64,000 bases of DNA. Origin: Candidatus Latescibacterota bacterium. GTDB lineage: Bacteria > Latescibacterota > UBA2968 > UBA8231. Made by a program: the position numbers and the translations under genes. Location of the stretch: NCBI GenBank assembly GCA_965221775.1, contig CBDCSU010000006.1, positions 1,376,001 to 1,440,000 of the forward strand. Reading direction: 5' to 3'. Every line of letters begins with the position of its first letter. Positions within the stretch are counted from its first letter, which is position 1. A model generated the notes under the pieces. That model had not been told where the DNA came from. It ran no database searches and saw only the letters and a program-made list of their open reading frames with translations. Below are positions 51,994 to 61,161 of the stretch, piece after piece.

Positions 51994-52431
51994 ATGGTTG
52001 CGAGCGATCCGACCGCCAACCGGCACGGCCCTCTCGACTGGACGGCCCATCCGCTCCGCGAGGAGCCCGCCTGGAAGTCGGCGGCCCTGGGCGCCCTGAT
52101 CGTCGGGTTCTCCGCCCTGGCCGCCGCAAGCCTCGGCGGCGCCGTGTATGGTCTGATCTCGCTGGTGGCGCTGGCGGCAGCCACCGTCCGCTACCTGCTG
52201 CCCACGCGCTATCTCCTCGACGACCAGGAGGCTTCCTGGCGCCAGCTGACCTGGCGCCGCCGGTCGTGGTCCACCTTTCGCCGCGTCGACCGCCACGCCG
52301 ACGGCATCTTCCTGAGCCCCTTCCGGCGGCCGAGCCGGCTCGACTCCTTCCGGGGGGTGTTCCTGCGCTTCGGCCCCGGCGTCGACGCCGACGAAGTCGT
52401 AGCCCTGGCACGGGACCGTGTCCCCGCTTGA
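51994..52431 (+). CDS. Small membrane protein (2 TM + PH-like cytoplasmic domain), unknown function
   Basis: Two hydrophobic segments followed by PTRY...W..FRR...LSPF..PSRLDSFRG; first gene of the operon. Confidence 0.65.
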   Translation: MVASDPTANRHGPLDWTAHPLREEPAWKSAALGALIVGFSALAAASLGGAVYGLISLVALAAATVRYLLPTRYLLDDQEASWRQLTWRRRSWSTFRRVDRHADGIFLSPFRRPSRLDSFRGVFLRFGPGVDADEVVALARDRVPA

Positions 52432-52750
52432 GCGCCTGCGGCGCGGCTGGGCCCACGCCTTCGCCCTCGACTCCGGGGAACCCCTCTCCGAGGAGGAGCG
52501 GGCCCTCATCGAGCGCCTGGCGCGCCTCGTGGTGCGCCGCCGCATGACGGCGCCGGCCCTGATGGCGCTGGAGAGCACCCGGCCCCTGAGCTTCATGGGC
52601 AGCCAGGTGCTGGCCTTCGCCGGCCCCATGCTCAAGATCGCCTTTTCCCCCGCGGAGTACGACCACCTTCAAAGGCTGCTGGAGAGGCGCCGCAGCATCG
52701 ACTGGATCATCGAGGCGATCTCCGAGAGAGAAGACCGGCGCCGTGGATAA
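52418..52750 (+). CDS. Small hypothetical protein
   Basis: Overlaps both neighbours; IERLAR.VVRR.MT.PA...LES.RPL.F.GSQ segment. Confidence 0.7.
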   Translation: MSPLERLRRGWAHAFALDSGEPLSEEERALIERLARLVVRRRMTAPALMALESTRPLSFMGSQVLAFAGPMLKIAFSPAEYDHLQRLLERRRSIDWIIEAISEREDRRRG

Positions 52751-54605
52751 GCTCGATGTGATCATCGCCACCGACTGTGGCAGCACCACCACCAAGGCGA
52801 TCCTCATCGAGCGCCGGGAGGAAGGCTACCGGCAGACCTTCCGCGGCGAGGCCCCGACCACCGTGGAGGCGCCCTTCGAGGACGTGACCCGCGGCGTGCT
52901 CAACGCCATCCAGGAGGTGGAGGAGCTGTCCGGGCGGCAGATCCTGGACGGCGAGACGATCATCACCCCGGCGGCGGACGGACGGGGCGTCGACATCTAC
53001 ATCTCCACCTCCAGCGCCGGCGGCGGCCTGCAGATGATGGTGGCCGGCGTCGTGCAGACGATGACCGGCGAGAGCGCCCAGCGCTGCGCCCTGGGGGCCG
53101 GGGCGATCGTCATGGACGTGCTGGCCTCCAACGACGGCCGTCAGCCCCACGAGAAGATCGAGCGCATCCGCCACCTGCGGCCCGACATGGTGCTGCTGTC
53201 GGGCGGCACCGACGGCGGCACCATCTCCCACGTGGTCGAGCTGGCGGAGTACGTGGCCGCCGCCGACCCCCGGCCGCGGTTCGGCGCCGGCTTCGAGCTG
53301 CCCGTGATCTTCGCCGGCAACCGGGACGCCGGCCCCGAGGTGGAGCGCGTCCTCGGCGAGCGCACGGCCCTGCACCTGACCGAGAACCTGCGCCCCATCC
53401 TGGAGCGCGAGAACCTGGGCCCGGCGCGGCACGTGATCCACGACCTGTTCCTCGAGCACGTGATGGCCCAGGCGCCCGGGTACTCGAAGCTGATGTCGTG
53501 GACCGCCGCCCCGATCATGCCGACGCCGGCGGCGGTGGGCCGCATCATGCAGGCCATCGCCCGGCGCAGGGGGATCGACGTGCTCGGCGTCGACATCGGC
53601 GGGGCCACCACGGACGTCTTCAGCGTCTTCCACACCGCCGGCGACGGACAGTCGGATCCGGCGGATTCCGGAGCGCAGGACTCCGCCGAAGGAGGGCCGA
53701 CCCCGGTCTTCAACCGCACGGTGAGCGCCAACCTCGGCATGTCCTACAGCATCTCCAACGTCCTGGCCGAGGCCTCGCTGGAGAACGTGGTGCGCTGGAT
53801 CCCCTTCGACATCGACGAGGCCGACCTGCGCGACCGCATCAAGAACAAGATGATCCGCCCCACCACGATTCCCCACATGCTCGAAGAGCTGCAGATCGAG
53901 CACGCCGTGGCCCGCGAGGCGCTGCGGCTGGCCCTCGTCCAGCACCGGGAGCTGGCCGTTGGCCTGAAGGGGGTGCAGACCGAGCGCACATTGTCCGACG
54001 TCTTCGACCAGGAGGCCACGGGCGAGAGCCTGGTGGACATGATGGTCCTCGATCTGCTGGTGGCCAGCGGAGGGGTGCTCTCCCACGCCCCGAGCCGCGC
54101 CCAGACGGCTGCCATGCTCGTCGACGCCTTCCAGCCCGAGGGCGTCACCCAGCTCGCCGTGGACAGCATCTTCATGATGCCCCACCTCGGGGTGCTGGCC
54201 TCCGTGGACGAACCGGCCGCCGCCGAGGTCTTCGAGCGCGACTGCATCATCTACCTCGGCACCTGCGTCGCCCCCTCTGGCGACGGCAAGCCCGGCGAGG
54301 TGTGCGCCACGTACGAGCTGCACCTGACCGGCGGACCGGTGCGGGAAGAGCTGCGGTGCGGCGAGCTGCGGCTGCTGCCGCTGGGCGAAGGGGAGGAAGC
54401 GGAGATGACGATCTCGCCAGCACGCGGCCGGGACGCGGGATCCGGCCCCGGGCAGGAGCATCGCGCCAAGGTCCGGGGCGGCGTCGTGGGACTGATCCTC
54501 GACGGCCGGGGCCGTCCCCTCGAGCTGCCGGAGGAAGCGGCGGACCGGCGCGCCCGGGTCGTGGAGTGGAGCGGCGCCCTCGGGCTCTACGGGGAGACGG
54601 ACTGA
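52743..54605 (+). CDS. GlmL/MutL (glutamate mutase L)-like ASKHA ATPase
   Basis: Phosphate-1 TDCGSTTTK, SSAGGGL, LSGGTDGG, MPTP.AV, phosphate-2 VDIGGATTDVFS, RTVSANLGM and SGGVLSH motifs. Confidence 0.8.
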   Translation: MDKLDVIIATDCGSTTTKAILIERREEGYRQTFRGEAPTTVEAPFEDVTRGVLNAIQEVEELSGRQILDGETIITPAADGRGVDIYISTSSAGGGLQMMVAGVVQTMTGESAQRCALGAGAIVMDVLASNDGRQPHEKIERIRHLRPDMVLLSGGTDGGTISHVVELAEYVAAADPRPRFGAGFELPVIFAGNRDAGPEVERVLGERTALHLTENLRPILERENLGPARHVIHDLFLEHVMAQAPGYSKLMSWTAAPIMPTPAAVGRIMQAIARRRGIDVLGVDIGGATTDVFSVFHTAGDGQSDPADSGAQDSAEGGPTPVFNRTVSANLGMSYSISNVLAEASLENVVRWIPFDIDEADLRDRIKNKMIRPTTIPHMLEELQIEHAVAREALRLALVQHRELAVGLKGVQTERTLSDVFDQEATGESLVDMMVLDLLVASGGVLSHAPSRAQTAAMLVDAFQPEGVTQLAVDSIFMMPHLGVLASVDEPAAAEVFERDCIIYLGTCVAPSGDGKPGEVCATYELHLTGGPVREELRCGELRLLPLGEGEEAEMTISPARGRDAGSGPGQEHRAKVRGGVVGLILDGRGRPLELPEEAADRRARVVEWSGALGLYGETD

Positions 54606-55732
54606 TGGCCCACGCCTATACCCCGGGCCTGTACGTCACCCCCCACACCATCCTTCGGCGGACCCGCCGGCTGCCGTTGAAGGGCGATGTGCTGGCCGCC
54701 CCCGGCGACACCGTGGAGCGGCAGCAGGTGGTAGCCCGCACCGAGCTGCCCGGCAGTGTCTCCACGGTGAACGTCGTCAACCGGCTGGGCATCACCGCCG
54801 AGGAGCTGCCGGGGTTCATGCTCAAGGCGGAGGGAGACGAGGTGAGGCGGGGCGAGCCGATGGCCGAGACGCGGCCCTTCATCAAGTGGTTCAGGACCAC
54901 GGTGGAGTCCCCCATCGACGGCACGGTGGACAGCATCTCGCCGGTGACCGGGCAGGTCCTGCTCCGGGAGCCGCCCCTGCCCGTGGAGGTGCCGGCCTAC
55001 GTCGACGGCCAGGTGGTCGAGGTCATCGAGGACGAAGGGGTGGTGGTGGAGACACGGGGGGCCTTCGTGCAGGGGATCTTCGGTGTCGGCGGCGAGCGCT
55101 ACGGGCCCCTCCACATGCTCGCGGAGAACCCCGGGGAGCCGCTGGCAGCGCACCGGATCGACGACGGGTGCTCGGGCCGGATCGTGGTGGTCACGGGTCT
55201 GTTGTCGTACGAGGCGATCGACCGGGCCCGCGAGGTGGGCGCCGCCGGGGTGATCGGCGGCGGGATCCACGATCGGGACCTGCGGCGGCTGCTGGGCTAC
55301 GACCTCGGCGTCGCCATCACCGGCACCGAGGAGATCGGGCTGACGGTGATCGTCACCGAGGGGTTCGGCGAGATCGCCATGGCCGGCCGGACCTTCGAGA
55401 TCCTCCGGGAGTGCCACGGACGGCAGGCCTCGATCTCGGGGGCGACCCAGATCCGGGCGGGGGTCATGCGCCCCGAGATCATCGTGCCCGACCTGACGGC
55501 ACCGGGAGAGGCGGAGGCCGGCGAGGGAAGCCGCGGGGGAGGGATGGCGCAGGGAGACCCCCTTCGTATCATCCGGGCCCCGTACTTCGGCCGCATCGGC
55601 AGGGTGGGCGAGCTGATCCCCGACCTGCGGCCGGTCGAGTCCGGCGCCTCGGTGCGGGTGCTGGAGGTCGAGTTCGAGGACGGCTCGCGGGCCGTGGTGC
55701 CGCGGGCCAACGTGGAGCTGATCGCAGGATGA
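54605..55732 (+). CDS. Uncharacterised protein with repeated sandwich-barrel-hybrid-like motifs and C-terminal KOW/SH3-like domain
   Basis: ATG coupled to the upstream stop (TGATG); G.V...PGD.V, EGDEVRRGEPMA...SPIDGTV and AYVDGQV motifs; C-terminal GDPLRIIRAPYFGRIG...PRANVE. Confidence 0.75.
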   Translation: MAHAYTPGLYVTPHTILRRTRRLPLKGDVLAAPGDTVERQQVVARTELPGSVSTVNVVNRLGITAEELPGFMLKAEGDEVRRGEPMAETRPFIKWFRTTVESPIDGTVDSISPVTGQVLLREPPLPVEVPAYVDGQVVEVIEDEGVVVETRGAFVQGIFGVGGERYGPLHMLAENPGEPLAAHRIDDGCSGRIVVVTGLLSYEAIDRAREVGAAGVIGGGIHDRDLRRLLGYDLGVAITGTEEIGLTVIVTEGFGEIAMAGRTFEILRECHGRQASISGATQIRAGVMRPEIIVPDLTAPGEAEAGEGSRGGGMAQGDPLRIIRAPYFGRIGRVGELIPDLRPVESGASVRVLEVEFEDGSRAVVPRANVELIAG

Positions 55733-56940
55733 CGGACTTCGGTAAGACCCTGACCCTGGTCGCCGGACTCGGGCTGCTGGCCGGAGCCGGAGCGCAGGAG
55801 CCGGCGGCGCTCGAGATCGATCTCTTCGACACGCCGAACGACGACGGCGGCAGCCTGACCCTGACCTGGCGCGCCGATGCCGCCCCCGCGGGCAGCCGCT
55901 ACCGCGTCTACCTCGCCGAATTGCCGGCGGGCCCCTTCCACGTGGCCGCCGAGACCATGGCCCCCGGGCTGATGTCGGACGAGCCGGCCCTCTTCGGCCG
56001 CGATCCCGCCAACGCCGACCGCTACGTGCTTCACCTCACGGGCTACACGCCCGAGGGGGAGGAGAAGCCGAGGGCCCTCGAAGACGGCACGACGTACCAG
56101 GCCCGTCTCGTGGCGGGGGACGGCGCCGCGGAGCGGCGCAGCGAGGTGGCGGCGGCGGCGCCCGCCGCCAACCTGTTCAACACCGCCAAGCTGAACAACC
56201 TCGTCCTCGCCGTGGCCCTGTCGGTGGTGATCCTACTGTTCATCGCCGTGGCCCGGCGCCGGGAGCTGTACATCCGGCGCATCGGGGGCCTGGAAGCCCT
56301 CGACGAGGCCCTGGGGCGGGCCACCGAGATGGGCCGCTCGGTGCTGTTCGTCCACGGCCTGAAGGGCATGGACCAGATCCCGACGATCGCCGCCGTCAAC
56401 ATCCTCGGGCGGGTGGCGCGGCGCACGGCGCGCCTCGACGCCGAGCTGCGGGTGGCCAACGTCGACCCCGTGGTCATGTCGGTGAGCCAGGAGGTGGTGA
56501 AGGAGGCCTGCCTGGAGGAGGGCCGGCCCGACGCCTACCGGCCGGGGGACGTGTTCATGGCCGGCACCGAGCAGTTCTCCTACGCCGCGGCCCTGGAGGG
56601 CATCATGGTCCGCGACCGCCCCGCGGCGCACATCATGATGGGCTACTTCTACGCCGAGTCGCTGCTCCTCACCGAGACGGGCAGCACTACCGGAGCCATC
56701 CAGATCGCCGGCACCGACGCCTACACGCAGCTGCCGTTCTTCGTCACCACCTGCGACTACACCCTGATGGGGGAGGAGCTGTACGCGGCCAGCGCCTACC
56801 TGTCGAAGGAGCCGCGCCTCCTCGGCAGCCTGCGCGGCCAGGACGTGGGCAAGGCGGTGCTCATCCTCGTGCTCATCGCCGGCACCGCCCTTTCCACGGC
56901 CGGCGTCGACTTCCTGACCCACCTGTCCGCCTCCCTGTGA
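55729..56940 (+). CDS. Membrane protein: signal peptide + FN3-like domain + DUF6754-like domain
   Basis: ATGA overlap; DTPNDDGGSLTLTW (FN3-like), TM helix, IRRIGGLEALDEALGRATEMGR, FYAESL and QLPFF...CDYTL.GEELYAASAY motifs, C-terminal TM. Confidence 0.75.
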   Translation: MTDFGKTLTLVAGLGLLAGAGAQEPAALEIDLFDTPNDDGGSLTLTWRADAAPAGSRYRVYLAELPAGPFHVAAETMAPGLMSDEPALFGRDPANADRYVLHLTGYTPEGEEKPRALEDGTTYQARLVAGDGAAERRSEVAAAAPAANLFNTAKLNNLVLAVALSVVILLFIAVARRRELYIRRIGGLEALDEALGRATEMGRSVLFVHGLKGMDQIPTIAAVNILGRVARRTARLDAELRVANVDPVVMSVSQEVVKEACLEEGRPDAYRPGDVFMAGTEQFSYAAALEGIMVRDRPAAHIMMGYFYAESLLLTETGSTTGAIQIAGTDAYTQLPFFVTTCDYTLMGEELYAASAYLSKEPRLLGSLRGQDVGKAVLILVLIAGTALSTAGVDFLTHLSASL

Positions 56941-56950
56941 GAGGAAGCCG

Positions 56951-57610
56951 ATGCCATTCCTGACACGGACCCTGCCCTTCGCCATCTGCTTCCTCTTCGG
57001 CGTCGCCGGCTTCGCCATCTTCTACAGCCCCCACCCCTATGCGGAAGAGACCACACAGGCCTTCGCCCTGTGGCTGCGGGTGGTCTCCGCCTTCGCCTAC
57101 TTCCTCGGTCTCTACAGCCTCCTCAACCTGCACTGGTCCAAGATCCGGCTGCGGCAGTCCGGCTGGGCCTACAGCCTGATCGTCTACATCAGCTTCGGCG
57201 TCATGTGCCTCTTCGTCCTCTACAACGAGGGGCACGGACCTCTGCAGGCGCAGTCGAAGACCGGCGCCTACCAGTGGATGTTCACCCACATCCACGTGGC
57301 CAGCTCGGCGACGATGTTCTCCACCCTCGCCTTCTTCATCTCCTCGGCGGCGTACCGCACCTTCCGGGCGCGCACCTCCGAGGCGGCGATCCTGCTGGTC
57401 TCGGCGGTGATCGTCATGCTCGGACGGGTGCCGATCGGGGGTTACCTGTCGGAGACCATCCCCGAGGCCATGCAGTGGCTCATGACGGTGCCCAACATGG
57501 CGGCCAAGCGCGGCATCCTGCTCGGCGTCAGTCTCGGCGCCATCGCCACCTCCCTGCGCATCATCTTCGGCATCGAGCGTTCCTATCTCGGCGGCGGGGG
57601 GGAGGAGTAG
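56951..57610 (+). CDS. Polytopic membrane protein (~6 TM), unknown function
   Basis: GAGGA RBS; multiple hydrophobic helices; FS.LAFFI.SAAYR.FR and RGIL.G..LG motifs. Confidence 0.8.
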   Translation: MPFLTRTLPFAICFLFGVAGFAIFYSPHPYAEETTQAFALWLRVVSAFAYFLGLYSLLNLHWSKIRLRQSGWAYSLIVYISFGVMCLFVLYNEGHGPLQAQSKTGAYQWMFTHIHVASSATMFSTLAFFISSAAYRTFRARTSEAAILLVSAVIVMLGRVPIGGYLSETIPEAMQWLMTVPNMAAKRGILLGVSLGAIATSLRIIFGIERSYLGGGGEE

Positions 57611-57613
57611 ACC

Positions 57614-58444
57614 ATGGACCGGCTGATCAACCTGGACCGCCGCTTCATCTTCGTCTTCGTCTTCCTGGGCGTGGCCATCCCCCTGCTCGTGGACATCCCC
57701 CTGCCGATCAAGCCGTCTCCCACGGTGCGCTCGGTGTACGACGAGATCGAGAGAGTGGCCGCCGAGGACGCCGGCCGGCCGGTGCTGGTCTCGTTCTCGT
57801 ACGGCGCCAGCACCGAGCCGGAGATGGTACCGATGACCCGCGCCGTCCTGCGCCACCTCTTCCAGCGCGGGCTGAAGGTGGTCGGCATCTGCCTGTGGCC
57901 CGATGCGGTGGGGCTCGCCCAGCCGGAGATGGACGAGCTGGCCGCCGAGTTCGGCCGCCGGTACGGGGTCGACTACGCTTTCCTTGGCTACAAGATCGGC
58001 TATCAGGCGGTGGTGCTGAACATGGGGCAGAGCGTGGCCGACACCTTCCCCTTCGACACCGAGGGGACCCCGGTGGGCGACCTGCCGGTGCTGGCGGGGG
58101 TGGAGAGCCTGAAGGACTTCTCCTTCGTCTTCGACTTCGCCGCCGGCGATTCCATGGAGTTCTGGTGGATCCCGTACGGCCAGGAGAAGCACCGGTTCCC
58201 CTTCGGCGGGGGCTGCACGGCGGTGATGGCCCCCGACCTCTACCCCTTCCTGCAGTCGGGGCAGCTCGTGGGCCTCCTCGGCGGGCTGGCCGGGGCCGCC
58301 GAGTACGAGACGCTGGTGGACGCGCCCGGTCGAGCCACCGACGGCATGCAGCCGCAGTCCGTGACCCACGTGATCATCGTCCTGTTCATCATCCTGGGCA
58401 ATATCGCCTACTTCGCCTCCCGCCGGCGGGACAGGCAGGCCTGA
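57614..58444 (+). CDS. Membrane-anchored protein (N- and C-terminal TM, soluble alpha/beta domain), unknown function
   Basis: GGAGG RBS; YGVDY..LGY and GLLGGL.GAAEYE motifs. Confidence 0.8.
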   Translation: MDRLINLDRRFIFVFVFLGVAIPLLVDIPLPIKPSPTVRSVYDEIERVAAEDAGRPVLVSFSYGASTEPEMVPMTRAVLRHLFQRGLKVVGICLWPDAVGLAQPEMDELAAEFGRRYGVDYAFLGYKIGYQAVVLNMGQSVADTFPFDTEGTPVGDLPVLAGVESLKDFSFVFDFAAGDSMEFWWIPYGQEKHRFPFGGGCTAVMAPDLYPFLQSGQLVGLLGGLAGAAEYETLVDAPGRATDGMQPQSVTHVIIVLFIILGNIAYFASRRRDRQA

Positions 58445-58451
58445 GGACGCC

Positions 58452-59174
58452 ATGACTCGAGACCTCTACCTGTTCGCCGGCTTCGTCGCCCTCTTCGCCG
58501 CGGCCAACGCCGTGCTCATCGGCAACGGACTGCTGGAGGCCGACCGGGAGGGGGCGGGCGTCATCGTCGCCGCCGGGTTCACGCTGGCCCTGTACAGCTT
58601 CCTCTACAAGGACAATCCCCTGTTCAAGGCCGCCGAGCATGTGTACGTGGGCGTCGCGGCGGCGTACGTCTTCGGCATCACCTGGTACAACGTCTTCCTC
58701 GACGACATCATCCGGACCTACGCCGATCTGGACGGCGGCGGCGGCGGACACGACCCCTGGGTGATGCTGTTCCCCACCCTCCTGGGCGTGCTGATGCTCA
58801 CCCGGTTCTCGCGCCGCTTCGGCTGGCTGAGCCGGCTCTCCTTCGCCTTCGTCGTCGGTGTCGGCGCCGGCCTCACCATCCCCCGGTACCTGTCCTCTTT
58901 CGTCCTGGGGCAGATCGAGCCCAGCCTGGCGCCCATCACCCTCTCCTGGGAGGGGTTCAACCTGCTGCTGATCCTGGTGGGGGTCCTGACCGTGCTCATC
59001 TACTTCTTCTTCTCCGTGGAGCACACCGGGGCCGTGGGCACCGCCTCCAAGGTCGGCATCTGGTTCCTGATGATCTCCTTCGGAGCCTCCTTCGGGTACA
59101 CGGTCATGGCCCGCCTGTCGCTGCTCATCGGGCGGGTCCGCTTTCTGCTCGACGACTGGCTGAACCTGATGTAG
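58452..59174 (+). CDS. Polytopic membrane protein (~7 TM), unknown function
   Basis: GAGG RBS; YSFLYKDNPLFK.AEH..VG, YFFFS and FGASFG.TVM.R motifs. Confidence 0.8.
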   Translation: MTRDLYLFAGFVALFAAANAVLIGNGLLEADREGAGVIVAAGFTLALYSFLYKDNPLFKAAEHVYVGVAAAYVFGITWYNVFLDDIIRTYADLDGGGGGHDPWVMLFPTLLGVLMLTRFSRRFGWLSRLSFAFVVGVGAGLTIPRYLSSFVLGQIEPSLAPITLSWEGFNLLLILVGVLTVLIYFFFSVEHTGAVGTASKVGIWFLMISFGASFGYTVMARLSLLIGRVRFLLDDWLNLM

Positions 59175-59175
59175 G

Positions 59176-59195
59176 GGCGCGGCGGGCGCCGCGTC
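59176..59195. terminator. GC hairpin between convergent operons
   Basis: GGCGCGGC-GGGC-GCCGCGTC; no clear U-tract. Confidence 0.3.
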
Positions 59196-59196
59196 T

Positions 59197-60174
59197 TCAG
59201 ATCTCGTCCTTGCGGATGCAGGCGGCGGTGTGGCCGCCGCCACCGACGGGCTCCAGCTCCGGGACCTGCCCGCGGCAGGCGTCGGCGGCGAAGGGGCAGC
59301 GGGGGTGGAAGGCGCACCCCGCGGGCGGGTTCACGGCGCTCGGCGTCTCCCCGAGGATCGGCTGGCGCTCGCGGCGGCGGCGTGGGTCGGCGACGGGCAC
59401 GGCCTCGAGCAGGGCCCGCGTGTACGGATGGGCCGGCCGCGCGAACACCTCGTCCCGGGAGCCGACCTCCACGAGGCGTCCCAGATACATGACGGCGACT
59501 TGGTCGCTGAGGTACTCCACCACCGACAGGTCGTGGGAGATGAGCAGGTAGGAGAGGCCGCGCTCCTGCTGGAAGCGCACGAGGAGGTTGAGCACCTGCC
59601 CCTGCACCGAGACGTCGAGGGCGGAGACCGGCTCGTCGGCGACGATGACCTTCGGCCCCAGGGCGAGGCTGCGGGCGATGCCGATGCGCTGCCGCTGGCC
59701 GCCGGAGAACTCGTGGGGATAGCGGTCCTGCACGGCCGGGTCGAGACCGACGGCCTCGAGGAGACCGTCGACCTGCTCGCGCCGCTCGGCCCGCGTCCCC
59801 AGGGAGTGCACGTCGAGGGGCTCGCGCACGGTCTCGCCCACCGACAGCCTCGGGTTGAGCGAGGAGTAGGGGTCCTGGAAGATCATCTGCATGTCGCGCC
59901 GCAGGGCGAACAGCTCCTGCGCCGTGGCCCGCGCCAGGTCGCGCCCCTCGAAGCGGACGGCGCCCGCCGTCGGATCTTCGAGCCGCATCATGGTCCGCCC
60001 CAGGGTCGACTTGCCGCAGCCGGACTCACCGACCAGGCCCAGGGTCCGGCCCGGCGGCAGGTCGAAGGAGACGCCGTCCACGGCCTTCACGCTCTGCCTC
60101 CGGCGCCCGAAGAGGCCGCCGCCCACCGGGTAGTGCTTGCGCAGGCCGCGGACCTCGACGACGGGGGCGCTCAC
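59197..60174 (-). CDS. Oligopeptide ABC transporter ATP-binding protein (OppF/DppF-like)
   Basis: GESGCGKST, FSGGQRQR, DEPVSALD and C-terminal GC.FHPRC Fe-S tail; GTG 60174. Confidence 0.92.
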   Translation of the reverse strand: MSAPVVEVRGLRKHYPVGGGLFGRRRQSVKAVDGVSFDLPPGRTLGLVGESGCGKSTLGRTMMRLEDPTAGAVRFEGRDLARATAQELFALRRDMQMIFQDPYSSLNPRLSVGETVREPLDVHSLGTRAERREQVDGLLEAVGLDPAVQDRYPHEFSGGQRQRIGIARSLALGPKVIVADEPVSALDVSVQGQVLNLLVRFQQERGLSYLLISHDLSVVEYLSDQVAVMYLGRLVEVGSRDEVFARPAHPYTRALLEAVPVADPRRRRERQPILGETPSAVNPPAGCAFHPRCPFAADACRGQVPELEPVGGGGHTAACIRKDEI

Positions 60175-61145
60175 ACCGCCTCCAGGGGATAGTGGCAGGC
60201 GGCCAGGTGGCCGTCGGCGACCGGTTCCAGGGGCGGGTCCTGGCGGCGGCAGAGCTCCTCGGCGCGGGGACAGCGGTCGGCGAAGCGGCAGCCCGGCGGC
60301 GGATCGAGGAGCGAAGGGACGACCCCCTCGATGGTGGGCACGCCGTCGCCCCGGGTCCGGCCCGGACGCAGGATGCTGTCGAGGAGGCCCCGCGTATAGG
60401 GGTGGCGGCTGCCCTCGAAGAGCTCGATGACGCCGCAGCGCTCCACCACCTTGCCGGCGTACATGACCACCACCTCGTCGCAGGTCTCGGCCACGACCCC
60501 CATATCGTGGGTGATGAGCAGGATGGCGGTGCCCAGCTCCCTCTGCAGCTGCTTCATCAGGTGCAGGATCTGGGCCTGCACGGTCACGTCGAGGGCGGTG
60601 GTCGGCTCGTCGGCGATGAGCAGGTCCGGCTCGCACATGAGGGCCATGGCGATCATGATGCGCTGCTTCATGCCGCCGCTGAGCTCGTGGGGGTACTGGT
60701 CCAGCCGGCTCTCGGCGTCGGCGATCCCCACGCGCTGCAGCATCTCCGCCATGCGGGCGCCAGCGGCCTCTCCCTGCAGGCCGAAGCGCTTCTCCAGGAC
60801 CTCCCCAAGCTGGCGGCGCACGGTGAAGACCGGGTTGAGGGAGGTCATGGGGTCCTGGAAGATCATGGCGATCTCCCGGCCGCGGATCGCCGGCATCTCG
60901 TCGGGGTCGACGGCGAGCAGGTCCCTCCCCTTCCACAGGACCCGTCCGTCCTCGATGCGCCCGGGCGGGTCGGGGATCAGGCGCATCACCGACATGGCGC
61001 TGACGCTCTTGCCGCACCCGGACTCGCCGACGATCCCCACGGTGGCGCCGGCGCGCACCTCGAAGGAGACGCCGTCCACCGCCTGCACGACGCCGTCCTC
61101 CGTGCGGAAGACGGTGCGCAGGTCCTCGACTCGCAGAAGCGCCAT
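60171..61145 (-). CDS. Oligopeptide ABC transporter ATP-binding protein (OppD/DppD-like)
   Basis: GESGCGKS, LSGGMKQR, DEPTTALD, HPYT and GCRFADRC motifs. Confidence 0.92.
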   Translation of the reverse strand: MALLRVEDLRTVFRTEDGVVQAVDGVSFEVRAGATVGIVGESGCGKSVSAMSVMRLIPDPPGRIEDGRVLWKGRDLLAVDPDEMPAIRGREIAMIFQDPMTSLNPVFTVRRQLGEVLEKRFGLQGEAAGARMAEMLQRVGIADAESRLDQYPHELSGGMKQRIMIAMALMCEPDLLIADEPTTALDVTVQAQILHLMKQLQRELGTAILLITHDMGVVAETCDEVVVMYAGKVVERCGVIELFEGSRHPYTRGLLDSILRPGRTRGDGVPTIEGVVPSLLDPPPGCRFADRCPRAEELCRRQDPPLEPVADGHLAACHYPLEAV

Positions 61146-61161
61146 GGGCAGAGCCGTCCGC

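Noticed and set aside
52743-54605. Glutamate mutase pathway or DNA mismatch-repair MutL
   Set aside because: It has an ASKHA fold rather than the GHKL fold of repair MutL, and no mutase E/S subunits are in the window
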